Notes under the pieces: generated by a model
Told to the model about the DNA's origin: nothing
The model's input: only the letters and a program-made list of their open reading frames with translations
Database searches by the model: none
Position numbers and translations under genes: made by a program
Assembly (NCBI GenBank): GCA_036785375.1
Contig: JAWMAR010000043.1
Span: 6,634,001 to 6,698,000, forward strand
Direction of reading: 5' to 3'
Length of the DNA: 64,000 bases
Source of the DNA: Leucoraja ocellata
Lineage: Eukaryota
Part shown: positions 49,827 through 61,287 of the stretch, in pieces
Position numbering within the stretch: position 1 is the first letter of the stretch
How the letters are laid out: the number at the start of each line of letters is the position of its first letter

Positions 49827-50362
49827 TTACATTCTGGTGGACATCTCACCCGGCAGATCTCGGCATCTGGTGTAATCGTGTGGTCAGCTGATCATCACTG
49901 AGTCTCTGCCCTACAGTGAGGTAAAACACTAAATACTGTACCTCCTACTATACGTGAGCACCTGCGCTTTGCTTGTAAGTATTAGCATGTAGCGGGACTG
50001 CTGCCAAGAGCTTACCCCCTGCATAACATTTGTGTTTTATGTTAGTCACTCTTTCATCTTGACTAATCTACTCCTACAAAGAGCTCCTGGTTATCACCAC
50101 CAGCATCGTTGGCAATTCACATTGAACGCTGCCAAATATTTTTATGCCTGGTTTTTATTCAAAAAGACATTAATGATTCAACTGCAATGTGAAGCATACA
50201 TCAATCGCGAGAAGCTGTCAACAGTCGAAACTTCAACACAAGATTCTACAGATTGTGGGATGTAACTTTTACAAAAGCTTTTCACTCTACCATGGTACAC
50301 GTGACAATAAACTAAATCAAATTGAACTAAACTACCCAGGCCTCAGCTGGCAGTGAACAGGA

Positions 50363-50465
50363 TGAAGATAGACACAAAATGCTGCAGTAACTCAGCGGGA
50401 CAGGCAGCATTTCTGGAGAGAAGGAATGGTGACGTTTAGGGTCGATAAAACTTATTCGGACTGGA
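50363..50465 (-). mobile_element. Penelope terminal fragment
   Basis: GAAGATAGACACAAAATGCTG..CAGCGGGACAGGCAGC..GTGACGTTT. Confidence 0.7.
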
Positions 50466-50485
50466 TGAGGGTTCATCAGTACACA

Positions 50486-50625
50486 TTCCTGTTGATTAGT
50501 ACGGGTGTCAGGGGTTATGGGGAGAAGGCATGGGGAATGGGGTTTGGAGGGAGATATAGATCAACCATGATTGAATGGTGGAGTAGACTTGATGGGCCGA
50601 ATGGCCTAATTCTACTCCTATCCCT
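50486..50625 (+). mobile_element. CR1 3' tail fragment
   Basis: GGGGTTATGGGGAGAAGGC...GATGGGCCGAATGGCCTAATTCT. Confidence 0.75.
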
Positions 50626-50647
50626 TACCACCTTATGGTCAGGTTAC

Positions 50648-50980
50648 AGAGTTCAACACCCTCATCCCCTCTAAACTCATCATCAAACTCCAGGAACTGG
50701 GTCTACTTGTCTTCATGCATTTGAATCTTCGACCTCCTCCTCGGCAGACCTCAATTAGGATGAAATGGTAACAACTCTACCTCCTTGCTGACCATCAGCA
50801 TAGGAGCACCTGAGGGCTGTGTGTGCTCAGTCCCCTGCTTTACTCTCTCTATACCCATGGCTGTGTAGCCTGATGGCTCCAATGCCATAGTTAAATTCAC
50901 TGACAATTCTCCCGTTGTTGGACGAATAACGGGAAATAATGAACGGGGGGGCAGGGAATTGAAAATCTGATTGAATGGAT
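50648..50980 (+). mobile_element. Degraded Rex1/Babar RT fragment
   Basis: FNTLIPSKLIIKLQELG; GAPEGC..LSPLL; VKFTDN. Confidence 0.7.
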
Positions 50981-50984
50981 GATT

Positions 50985-51402
50985 GATCCTGACCTTGGGT
51001 GCTGTCTGTGTGGAGGTTACATGTTTTTCCTGTGACTGTGTGAGGTTCCTCCAGGTACCCCGATTTCCTTCCACAAACCAAAGATATGCATGCTTGTAGA
51101 TCAATTAGCCTCTGTATAAATTGTCCAGAGTGAAAGGAGTGGTTGAGAACATAGAACTAGTGTGAACGGGTGATTGATAGTCAGCGTGGACTCTGTGAGC
51201 TAACTGGCCTGCTGTCATGTTGTATCTCTAGGTATGGGTTTAACATGCTTTTCCCTGGGTGCTCTGGTTTCCTCCCACTTTCCAAAGACGTGCAGGTTTG
51301 TAGGTTAATTGGCTTCTGTAAATTGTCCCTGGTGCGCAGGATAGAATGAGTGATCGGTGGGCCGAACAGCCTTTTTCCGTGCTGTATCTATAAAATAAAC
51401 TA
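50985..51402 (+). mobile_element. Two tandem HE1-type SINE fragments
   Basis: Two cores, each followed by a tail (~50985-51230 and ~51232-51402). Confidence 0.75.
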
Positions 51403-51589
51403 CTCCGGGGGATGCAGACACTGCACTTTCTTGATTCCTCTTTGGAAAATGAAAATGCCACTTTCTTGAACCATTATAACTCTTCTAATGTAGGCACTGA
51501 CATGATGTTTTGGGTAAGAAGTGCGAGACTTTAGTCACAGGAATAATAATGGAATGGTGATGCATTTTGAAGTCAAGGTGTTTTGTGAC

Positions 51590-51810
51590 TTTGACCAATT
51601 TCCCTTCTGGGAAAACAAAAGATCTATCGCATTGTATCGTTTCGTATCAACTTGAAGGAAAGCAGCTGGGATACTGACCCATTCACCTGCTGCCCCATGG
51701 TGTTGAGGTCCCTGGTTTGGGAGATGCTGTCAGTGTAGCCTTGTCAAGTAACTCCAGTGCATTTTGTGGATGGTACACACTGCTGACACGATGCATTTGT
51801 GGCCGAGGGA
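51590..51810 (-). mobile_element. Old CR1-clade LINE C-terminal remnant (similar piece at ~38320-38720)
   Basis: CAGTGCATTTTGTGGATGGTACACACTGCTG resembles the complement of an AVCTIYKMHC-type motif. Confidence 0.45.
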
Positions 51811-52444
51811 ATGAACTGCACTTGGTAAATAGGTATTTGCTTGGCATATGTCTTAGGCCATTAAAAGAATAGAGTCGGTATTTGATTTTCATGCAGATCA
51901 ATGATCTGCTCTTAAGCCAAATCCATGACAACATCTAAAAGGAAATTAGATAAATATTTGTTTTTATTTGTAAAGAGTGGATTTGGGAAAAGGGCGGAGG
52001 AATAAGACTGTATAAGTTCCTTTCTTTTGGAAAGTCAGTATGTATTATTGGCTTACAGTCCTTAACTTGTAAAAGTAATTACAATAGACAATAGGTGCAG
52101 CTGTAGGCCTTTCGGCCCCTCGAGCCAGCACAGAATTACAAGGCCCAATTCTGCAATTCCTATGACTTAATCACTTAATCAAGGAAATTATGACTTAGGT
52201 ATGTATGTCTTATATTGTTTCCGTTTGGTTATTCAGTGGAAGAAATGTAGCAAAGTGTGTATTGTAACATGCATGCCATGCTAAAAGTGGGGTGGAATAA
52301 ATAAATAATTTAGAAATAGATAAGACAATAAACAATGTTGTTTAAACATGTAAAACCTGGTTCCCATGTAGACCAAGTTCTAGAAATTTACCATAGCATA
52401 CAAGGTGGTAATGGTAGGTTGTGAGGTTATATGTTTTTCAATAA

Positions 52445-53095
52445 AAACAGAGATTGTTGGAAACAGACCCTTTGGCCCACCAAGTCCATGCCGACCATCA
52501 ATCATCTGTTCACACTGTTATCCTACTGTTACATCCACTCCCTGCACACTGGGGGTGTGGTGGGGGGGGGGGGGGGGCAATTTACAGAGGCCAATTAACC
52601 TACAAACATGTCTTTGGGAGCATCTACTGTCCCCCATCTTACTCCTCCCCCTCTCCTCTTTATACCAACTACATTTCCTCTCCACTCTCATTCCCGAATC
52701 ATTGATAATCATTTTCCCAACACAAATGTCTCTTCACACATTGATCCCTCCAGCAATCTATTTTTGCATTGTCTCATTTTGCAGTCTCTTCTGCCTCAAT
52801 AGAAAATTACATGGACCAGTTTGATTGATTGAAAGATACAGCTGGGAAAAGGCCTTTCGGCCCACCGAGTCCATGCTGACCATCAATCATCCATTCACAC
52901 TAATTCTATACTATCCCACTATCACATCCTCTCCCCGGCATCAGGTCAATTTTACCGAGGCTGATTAATCTACAAAATCGCGCATCTTTGGGATGTGGGG
53001 GACACACCGAAGCACCCAGAGAAACCCCATGTAGTCACAAAGGGAACGTGCACACTCCACATGGACAGTTCTACCAGCTGGGCCACTGTGCCTCC
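52445..53095 (-). mobile_element. Two HE1-type SINE fragments (~52445-52620 and ~52820-53095)
   Basis: Complements of tail (GGCCCACC.AGTCCATG) and core. Confidence 0.7.
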
Positions 53096-53402
53096 CTTTG
53101 AACTGAATGTTGTATCCTCTTCCCCAGGTCAGGTTAAAGTTGCTTCATTAAAGTCCAGGGACAGTGCAAATAAGCAATGTGGTGAAAGAGCTCTCAGTTG
53201 TACCATAATGAAATCGGGATTCCTACCAAATTTTCTAATTGTGTTTATTTTCCAAAGGAAATGTTTAAAGCAGCTAAAATATGATTCTAATCGTTCTTTT
53301 CTCAATAGCTGATAACTTCCTAATTTTCACACTTGAGACCAATATAACTTGTCCCTTTCTTATTTCTGGCAAATTATTTCTTATTCTGCCACTTGCCCCT
53401 CA

Positions 53403-53418
53403 CAGCGCCCTCTTGTGG
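53403..53418 (-). promoter_or_regulatory. CTCF-binding motif
   Basis: Minus strand CCACAAGAGGGCGCTG closely matches the CTCF core consensus, in non-repeat sequence. Confidence 0.6.
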
Positions 53419-53627
53419 TGTGCTCAGCATAATGGGGACATGATGTGCCTTTAACTAAACAGTGGGGACTTGTAAAACTCACCAAAGCCTAAAGTCTCAT
53501 TGGGATTATAAACTGGATTTGAACTACGATTTTAAATACTGGGAGAGATTTCTAGAAAACATCACCCACATGGAGACTTCTCTTTAAGAGTATCCTGAAA
53601 CTTGGGGAAGTGTGCAGTCAGCATAAG

Positions 53628-54147
53628 TTTTAGCTTAGTTTCGAGATACAGGATGAAACAGGCCCTTAGACCCACTGAGTCCGCGCCGACCAGCAATCAC
53701 CCGTACACTAGTTCTATCTTACACACTAGGGACAATTTACAGAAGCCAATGAACCTACAAATGGCACGTCTTTGGAATGTGGGAGAAAAATGGAGCACCC
53801 GTAGAAATCCCACATGCAGTGACGGACTGGCCAGGGTATCAGCTTGCCCGATGGCAAGTGGGCCCCTGATGAAGTGCGCCCCCTATATCAAATGGGCCCC
53901 TGATGAAGCGGGCCCCCTATATCAAATGGGCCCCTGATGAAGCGGGCCCCCTATATCAAATGGGCCCCTGATGAAGCGGGCCCCCTTTCTCTCCTGGCAA
54001 CCAATATTTTTAGACCCAGTCCGCTACTGCCCACATGGTCACAGGGAGAACGTACAAACTCCATGGCAGCACCTGTAGTCAGGATCAAATTTAGATCTTT
54101 GGCGCTGTAAGGCAGCAACTCTACCGTTGTGCCACCATGCCGCCCCT
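53628..54147 (-). mobile_element. HE1-type SINE interrupted by a hAT MITE
   Basis: Tail and core continue across the insert; head GCAACTCTACCGTTGTGCCACC. Confidence 0.88.
53817..54029. mobile_element. hAT-superfamily MITE (213 bp)
   Basis: TIR CAGTGACGGACTGG/CCAGTCCGCTACTG, perfect 8-bp TSD CCCACATG, internal 34-bp tandem repeat (~3.8 copies). Confidence 0.92.
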
Positions 54148-54659
54148 ATTTCAGCATTGCTCAATGCTTCCGCCCAAACTCACCTCTTCCCCATCCTGTA
54201 ACATGCACCAACGAGATAAGCTGACGCAGAGCAAATGTGGACATTATTGACATGAGATTGGTGGCCGGATTCCCAGTTGCACATCACTTCTGTAGAAAAA
54301 TCTTGAGGCGGGTTTGATGCTCTCCTGCAACAGGCGATGGGTTTGCAAGGAAAGAGCAACTCATTTAATACTGTGTACTGTTTCCTTCTCCGTTGAATGG
54401 CAAACGCACCCTCAGGGAATTTAAGAATATATTTTGAAATGTTTGCTGGAATTTCAATTCTGTACGTGCAATACCAGTGCAATAAGGCAGGTGTGCTGGG
54501 CAGTGAGCCAACAGTTAATAGTAGAGATGTGGGAATTAGAGACTTTCAGTTGATTGCCTTTGGGTATCAGGGAGCTGTTATACAGAGCTTTATAGGTGGG
54601 CTGGAGCATGTAACAGTGCACTGTACACTTGTCTGTGTAAAACATGGGCAAAGGTTCTG

Positions 54660-55135
54660 ATCTTTGTTATGGGTGAGTCTGCGGGACTTTAACATCGCGG
54701 AGCTTGCGATCCCTTTGCCGGGGATCGAAGCTCCAACCGCGGGGCCTGTGGACTTCAACAACGTGAAGCCCGTGGCCTCTGGTAAGAAGAGGCCAACTCG
54801 GGAGCTCCATGCCGCGCAGGGAGTTTCAATCGCCCTGACGTGGGAGTTTCGATTACCCCGAAGGGGGCTTCAATCATGGGTTACGGGGGCTCTGATCACC
54901 CTGATTGCGGATGGTTTGTCTGCCCCGACCGCGGGAGAACAAAGAGGAAGAAGGTTGAACTTTATTGCCTTCCTTCACAGTGAGGAATGTGGGATCCACT
55001 GAGATGGATGTTTATGTTAACTTTTATGTGGTTGTGGGTCTTGTTGCTTTTCACTTAGTATGGCTGTATGGTAACTCAAATTTCACTGTACCTTTACTGG
55101 TACACGTGACAATAAACTGACCTTGAAACCTTGAG
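54660..55135 (+). mobile_element. Non-autonomous GC-rich retroposon with TGACAATAAA tail
   Basis: Homologous to 20806-21325; ends GTGACAATAAACTG(ACCTTGA)n. Confidence 0.65.
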
Positions 55136-55587
55136 ATTGATGAGTGGCTTCCTTGCCCCTGTGCACATCCAAAAGTTTCTGAAATGAGGGACCAATAAAA
55201 CAATGGTCTCATTGTCATTTTGACAGTGCAAGAACATAAAATGAAAGATCCCACTATGTATCTCTTGCTTTTCTTGACTTTGCACTGCGTGAAGGAAGGC
55301 CCCTTATTTGTGGAGAATGGACTTCTTGCTGGAGACGTGTCCATGCCTCCTACTCATCGTGATGCTGCCTGGGCAATAAGCAGGGTCATATCTGGCGCAA
55401 TGTGTTCAGAATGAGCATGTGGGTCAGAGCTTATATGCAGCATTTGGATTCCATTTTTAAAATAGCAACTCGAATGCTGCAGTGCTCATGATGATGGGAC
55501 TGCATGCATCCACGGTCATTGCTCCAGGAAACTGATGCAGACTTCAGGATTGCTTTTGCATGCATTGTTCAACACAGCAAGTCCAAA

Positions 55588-55890
55588 GTTTAGTTTAGTT
55601 TAGAGATACAGCGCAGAAGCAGGCCCTTCAGCCCACCAAGTCCGCATCGACCAGCAATCCCCTACACACACTCGGGACAATTTTTTTTTAACATTTTCCA
55701 AACCAATTTACCTACATAGTTGTACGTCTTTGGAGTGTGGGAGGAAACCGTAGATCTCGGAGAAAACCCACACAGGTCACGGGGAGAACGTACAAACTCC
55801 GTACAGACAGCACCCGTAGTCGGGATTGAACCCGGGTCTTTGGCACTGCAAGCACTGTAAGGTAGCAACTCTACCGCTGTGCCACCATGC
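55588..55890 (-). mobile_element. Full-length HE1-type SINE
   Basis: Complete head, core and tail complement. Confidence 0.9.
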
Positions 55891-56729
55891 CAAGTTGCTG
55901 CTAGCAACTCAGTGCTCCACTGTAGATAGCTTTGTGCAATCTTCTCCAGTGCAGTCAAACCAGGATTGCTTTGCATGCATTGTTCAACACAATAAAGTCC
56001 CAAGCTGCTGCAAACAACTCGATACTCCACTGCAGACTGCTTTGTGTAGCCTTCCCAGTGCAGTCAATGAGTTCATTCTCATTGATGTGTGTTTAAAGTA
56101 TTCATGAATCATGTGCTTTGTAAAATACCCAGCAAATGTTATGCTTTGCTGGGATCTGAATGAGTTTTTAATGGTATACAAAGCCATAATTACTGCTCAG
56201 CAAATTATTTGCCCTTAAAAATCAGTTACATATTTGCATGTTGTAATTCACTCACACAAACATTTAGAAATACAAGGAATTTTAAAATATACTTAGTTTC
56301 TACCTTAGTTGTTTGTGTATGTTCTGATCTATATTTAATGTTCAGCACAATGTTCGAAAATTAATTCAAATTGTGGCATTTTCTTTCTTGTTTTAATATC
56401 TGTGAGAATTCTTTAATCACTCCATTATTCTAGTGAAATTATGGCAGACAGCTTTCAGGACAGCTTTGTGTTTCTTTGAGGTGCCATTATCTTCAAGGTC
56501 ACCTTCACATTCCATCAATTTGCCACTGACCACAAACTCTGTGAAATTCTCCAGCCCAACAAACAGATTAAGATGCGTGGGGCTTTAGTGCAGGCATGTG
56601 TAGGAATGGTGACTCCCCCTTCCTTCCCATGTTCACGATGACTGCATCACTACCATCTGTGCAGAGGTCCTAATGAGGGATTTCCAGTCGATGACACAAA
56701 ATAAAGAATGCACTTCTATAGTTATTGCG

Positions 56730-57028
56730 GACGGCATGGTGGTGCAGCGGGTGAGTTGCTGCCTTACAGCTCCAGAGACCAGGGTTCGATCCTGACTATG
56801 GGTGCTGTCTGTACAGAATTGGTAATGTGCTGCCCATGACCTACATGGGTTTTCTCCAGGAGCTCTGGTTTCCACCCACACTCGAAAGATGTATAGGTTT
56901 GTAGGCTAATTAGCCTGGTATAAATGTAAATTGTCCCTAGTGTATGTAGGATAGTGTTAGTGTACCAGGTCGGTGTGGACTCGGTGGGTTGAAGGGCCTA
57001 TTTCCGCATTTTATCACAAAACTAAACA
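56730..57028 (+). mobile_element. Full-length HE1-type SINE
   Basis: GGTGGTGCAGCGG, GGTTCGATCC, core, tail. Confidence 0.88.
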
Positions 57029-57203
57029 GTGCTGAAAGTCCTTTGCGAGGTCGAGAAATTATAATAATCTTAATGCAACAGTTGACATGAGGATTCCCTT
57101 CCCTTATCTCCATCCCTCCACGCAATGCACTGAACTCTGTGGTGACACACAAGACTGACAACGTGCCGACTATCCAATGAGGCACAACTCTCAGTGAATT
57201 GTG

Positions 57204-57350
57204 GACACAAGGAACCGCAGATGCTGGTTTACAAACGCAGACGCCAGCAGAGTAATTCAGTCTGAAGAAAGGTCCTGACCCGAAACGTCACCTATCCATG
57301 TTCTCCAGAGATGCTGCCTTGCCCACTGAGTTACTCCAGCACTTTGTCTC
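57204..57350 (+). mobile_element. Penelope terminal fragment with hammerhead motif (57262-57289)
   Basis: CTGAAGAAAGGTCCTGACCCGAAACGTC. Confidence 0.75.
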
Positions 57351-57575
57351 TTTCTCCCAACCCTTCAGCACTCTTTCACTTTATTGTCTGGTATACGCAT
57401 CAACTGTTTGTTGCAGTTTTTAATGTTACAAAGTCATAATTCTGAATTACATTGCAAGTGATTAAAGTCAATTTCAGCAGTTAGCCATAGTCATAGAGCT
57501 GTACAGCTTAGAAACAGGCCCTTCGGTCCATTTCATCCATGCCAACCAAGGTGGCATTCTGGCTTAGTCCCAGTT

Positions 57576-57980
57576 GGGGTGGTGCAGTGGCAGTAAAGTT
57601 GCTGTCTGACGAAGGGTCTCGACCTGAAATGTCACCCATCCCTTCTCTCCACAGATGCTCTCTGACCCGCTGAGTTACTCCAGCATTTTGTATCTATCTG
57701 CTGCCTTAAAGCCCCAGAGACCCGGGTTTGATGCTGACTATCAGCGCTATCTGTATGGAGTTTGTGTGTTCTCCCTGTGACCACGTGGGTTTTCTCCGGA
57801 TGCTCCAGTTTCCTCAACCACTCCAAAAACGTACAGGTTTGTAGGTTAATTGGCTTCAGTAAAATTACAAATTGTCCTTAGAGTATATGATAGTGTTGGT
57901 GCACGGGGTGATCGTTGGTTGGCGTGGACTCGATGGGCCGAAGGGCCTTTTTCTACGCTGTATCTCTAAGGTATAAACTA
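57576..57980 (+). mobile_element. HE1-type SINE containing a Penelope terminal fragment (57605-57699)
   Basis: Head split at GTTGCTG|...|GCTGCCTT; the insert begins TCTGACGAAGGGTCTCGACCTGAAATGTC. Confidence 0.82.
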
Positions 57981-58224
57981 AAGAATTTGTCTGCATTTGG
58001 CCTGTTGCCCTCTAAACACATTTAATAGTACCATGGGGTATACTTTATTTAAATTCATTTTGGGGCTTGAAGGCACTTCCACCCAAAGAATTACCAAAGG
58101 ATACAGTTCAGTTGGGGAAAGAAAAAACGTTTAAACTTTCCAGCACTCACGTTCTGTAATCCCATACCATGTGTAAACAGACAACTCTTGCATGTTGGTG
58201 TTTCCAAATGTATCTTAGTTTGTA

Positions 58225-58460
58225 AGGATAGGCACAAAGTGCTGGAGTAACTCAGCGGGTCAGGCAGCATCTCTGGATAAATTGGATGGGTGACGTTTGG
58301 GGTCAGGACTCTTCTTCAGTGTGAAAGTAGGGGGTGGGGGCTGTAGAGCTGGAGGCGAGAGAAGCCCGGAACCAATCAAGGCGGCAACAAATGACCTCAG
58401 GCAGATAGGCCCATTGTTGGCTGGGGAAGATGCGATCTCAAGAGAGATACAATGTGGTGA
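58225..58460 (-). mobile_element. Penelope 3' UTR and terminal fragment
   Basis: Terminal motif complement plus purine-rich extension. Confidence 0.7.
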
Positions 58461-58994
58461 ACTGTTCAACAGACTAGGGTAGAGGAGGGGGGAGGGGGGG
58501 GGGGGGGGGGAGAGTGAGGGGAGCTTATTTCATGACAGAACTATGGTTCTTTTGATAATCAAAAACCATAGGAGATCAGACACTGTCCCTCTTCTCTCAA
58601 GGCACACTGGTTTACAACACCTAGCCACCGACAACACCTGGTTTCTAGCATTGTGGAGCATGACCTGTGTACTACACAGCTGCCCATCCCTATTACAGTA
58701 AGCACAGTCAATCACTCTTCCTGCAGTAACAACGGCACATAGAAGGACAGGTGAATGTATTGCCTCATTCAGAGTCTGCCCCAGGTGTGTCAACAATGGC
58801 AGTATCTCGGGAAAACTCCCTTCCTGCTCACACAAACACAACGTTGTGAACTAGAGCAATACCACAAGAATAAATAAAGGAGAGACCAACATCCTCTATT
58901 ATAAAAGGATGAAGAAATGAAGTGACCAGGAAACTTCCACCTCATCCTGTGACAGGTGTATTGTGAACTGGCCCTAGCCTGGCTTGTTATTGCT

Positions 58995-59497
58995 TAGTTT
59001 AGTTTAGTTCAGAGATACAATGTGGAAACGGGTCCTTCGGCTCACTGAGTCGGTGCCGATCGCGATCACCTGTACACTAGTTCTACCCTACACACGAGGG
59101 ACAATTTAGAGAAGCCAATTAACCTACAAACCTACACGTCTTTGGCATGTGGAAGGAAACTGGAGTACTTGGAGAAAACCCATAGTCATAGGGAGAATGT
59201 ACAAACTTTATACAGATGGCACCGAGAGTTGGCATGGAACCCGGGTCACTGGTGTAATGCCCCTGTCCCACTTGGAGACTTTGCGCCCCACCCAAGGTTT
59301 CCGTGTGGTTCCCGGAGGTTGCAGGTGGTTGCCGGAGGTTGCAGGTAGTGGAAGCAGGTAGGGAGACTGACAAAAACCACCGGGAACCTCCGGGAACCGC
59401 ACGGAAACCTTGGGTGGGGCGCAAAGTCTCCAGAGGTTTCCTAAGTGGGACAGGGGCATAAGGCAGCAACTCTACCGCTGTGCCACCGTGCCGCCCC
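58995..59497 (-). mobile_element. HE1-type SINE interrupted by a Harbinger MITE
   Basis: The head resumes TAAGGCAGCAACTCTACCGCTGTGCCACC after the insert. Confidence 0.88.
59258..59458. mobile_element. PIF/Harbinger-type MITE (201 bp)
   Basis: TIR TGCCCCTGTCCCACTT/AAGTGGGACAGGGGCA, perfect TAA TSD, extended subterminal inverted repeats. Confidence 0.92.
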
Positions 59498-60582
59498 ACA
59501 GTTTAGGAGTTCTCATCTTGTGCAAACCCCTTTCCTATTTCCACACTTTCACCAGCACAGTCACAGATGCTTCAAATCTGATTTGCTTCAGCATTCCAAT
59601 TTCAGATGTAAAGTCTGTTGACCTGAAGTGTTATTTGTTCCTCTCTCCCCACAGATGCCACTTGACCTGCCAAATACTTCCATTATTTTCATTTCTATGA
59701 GCAATTCCACACTGCAAATGGCTGACAAAGTTTTTATTTTCTGGCCACAGGTTAAACATGGTGGGGAATGTAAATAGATCATTATCAGCAGTTAAGACAA
59801 TTGCTGCAAAAGGGAGCCAGCTCACTGCAGCCAATTAAGTGTCACATGGATGGACAATTCCATGACATAAACTAATTGTAAAGCCTCTGGTGGAATCTAT
59901 TGAAACAGTTAAGCTGCTACATAACCTGTATCGGCATAATATATTGCAAGCATAAAGTGCACAATGAGCAACGGATGCCAAATCTGATGGAAAGTTCCAG
60001 TTACTCCCACGGGAGTGGGAGCCGCCATTCTAAAGGAGCTCAATGGTGTTAGCAACACTCATAGTGCATGATGCACCAGCAATCAAAGGCTGCTGGTAAC
60101 CAGGGACTGCTCCTGCAATCAACAATACAAATGTTATTTTTGGTGAGGGGGAGATTTGTGCAGTTTCAAAGAGTTCACAGGACCAGAAGTACTTGGGGTG
60201 GTGTTGGAGGCTGGGGGAATGGATCACAAACATTGCAAGGTGATAGAAGTGGCTAAAAAGGTGCTCAACATACATGCGGAACACAACTTTACTATGCCAA
60301 CCATTATCACACACAAATTATGCCAACCCTTATGGTTTTATTCCCAACTGAGCATTGTGTGCAGTTCCAGCACCAAACTTTGGGAAAGATGCCAAAGGCA
60401 CAATAAAGGGTGCAGAGAAGATTTGCTAGATTAGTACCATGGATGGATGACTTCAATTATATAGAACGAATAAAAAATGCTGGAATTTCAGTCCTTAGAG
60501 GGAAGATTAAGAGGAGGTTTGTTTAAAATTGTGAAATCATTTTCTTAGTGCAAACCCTGGAAAAACCATTTCTGTAGGCAGG

Positions 60583-60682
60583 GGATAGACACAAAATGCT
60601 GGAGCAACTCTGTGGGTCAGGCAGCATCTCTGGAGAAAAGGGTTAGGTGATGTTTCGGGTTGAGTCCCTTCTTCAGACTGAT
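60583..60682 (-). mobile_element. Penelope terminal fragment
   Basis: Minus strand CTGAAGAAGGGACTCAACCCGAAACATC. Confidence 0.72.
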
Positions 60683-61056
60683 TTAAAGTAATTAGCAAAA
60701 GGATCAAAGGTGACAAGGGAGATATTAAAAAAAAACAGACAGAGATGTTATAGGCCCGATGTTTGTCCCAAATTATCAATGCAAAAGATCTCAAAAGTTA
60801 AAGCATAAATCACTTTCAGTGCAATTCATGTCTCTGTGATCTTTTGCACCAGTTCATAGAGCATGAAACTAGAAGTCAACCTTGCCCTCACTGGCTGTGC
60901 CCCAGAATGAATTAATCACCTGGGCGTTAACATTAATAGGATTCATTTGCAAACTTGCAAGGAAAAGTTAAGCTGGTTCTTTTAATTTTTAATTTACACT
61001 TAAGTAAGAAATTGACTGCAGCACCCCTGTATAACTGACCAATGGTTTTATATCAA

Positions 61057-61287
61057 CAGTCCGAAGAAGGGTCCCAACTCAAATGTCATCTGTGTTTAAG
61101 AAGGAACTGCAGATGCTGGAAGGAGATAGGCAACGTTTCGGGCCTGTCTGAAGAAGAGTTTCGGCCCGAAACATTACCTATCTCCTTCGCTCCATAGATG
61201 CTGCTGCACCCGCTGAATTTCTCCAGCATTTACCTTCAAAAGTCATCTGTCCATTTCCCTCCACAGATGCTACCTGACCCGCTGAAA
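61057..61287. mobile_element. Nested and inverted Penelope terminal fragments
   Basis: Several terminal motifs in both orientations; the outer one resumes at ~62035. Confidence 0.65.

Noticed and set aside
53859-53986. CRISPR-like 34-bp repeats; CUGAUGA suggesting a hammerhead or C/D snoRNA
   Set aside because: Repeats are contiguous with no spacers, there is no GAAA box, and they lie inside a hAT MITE in eukaryotic DNA.
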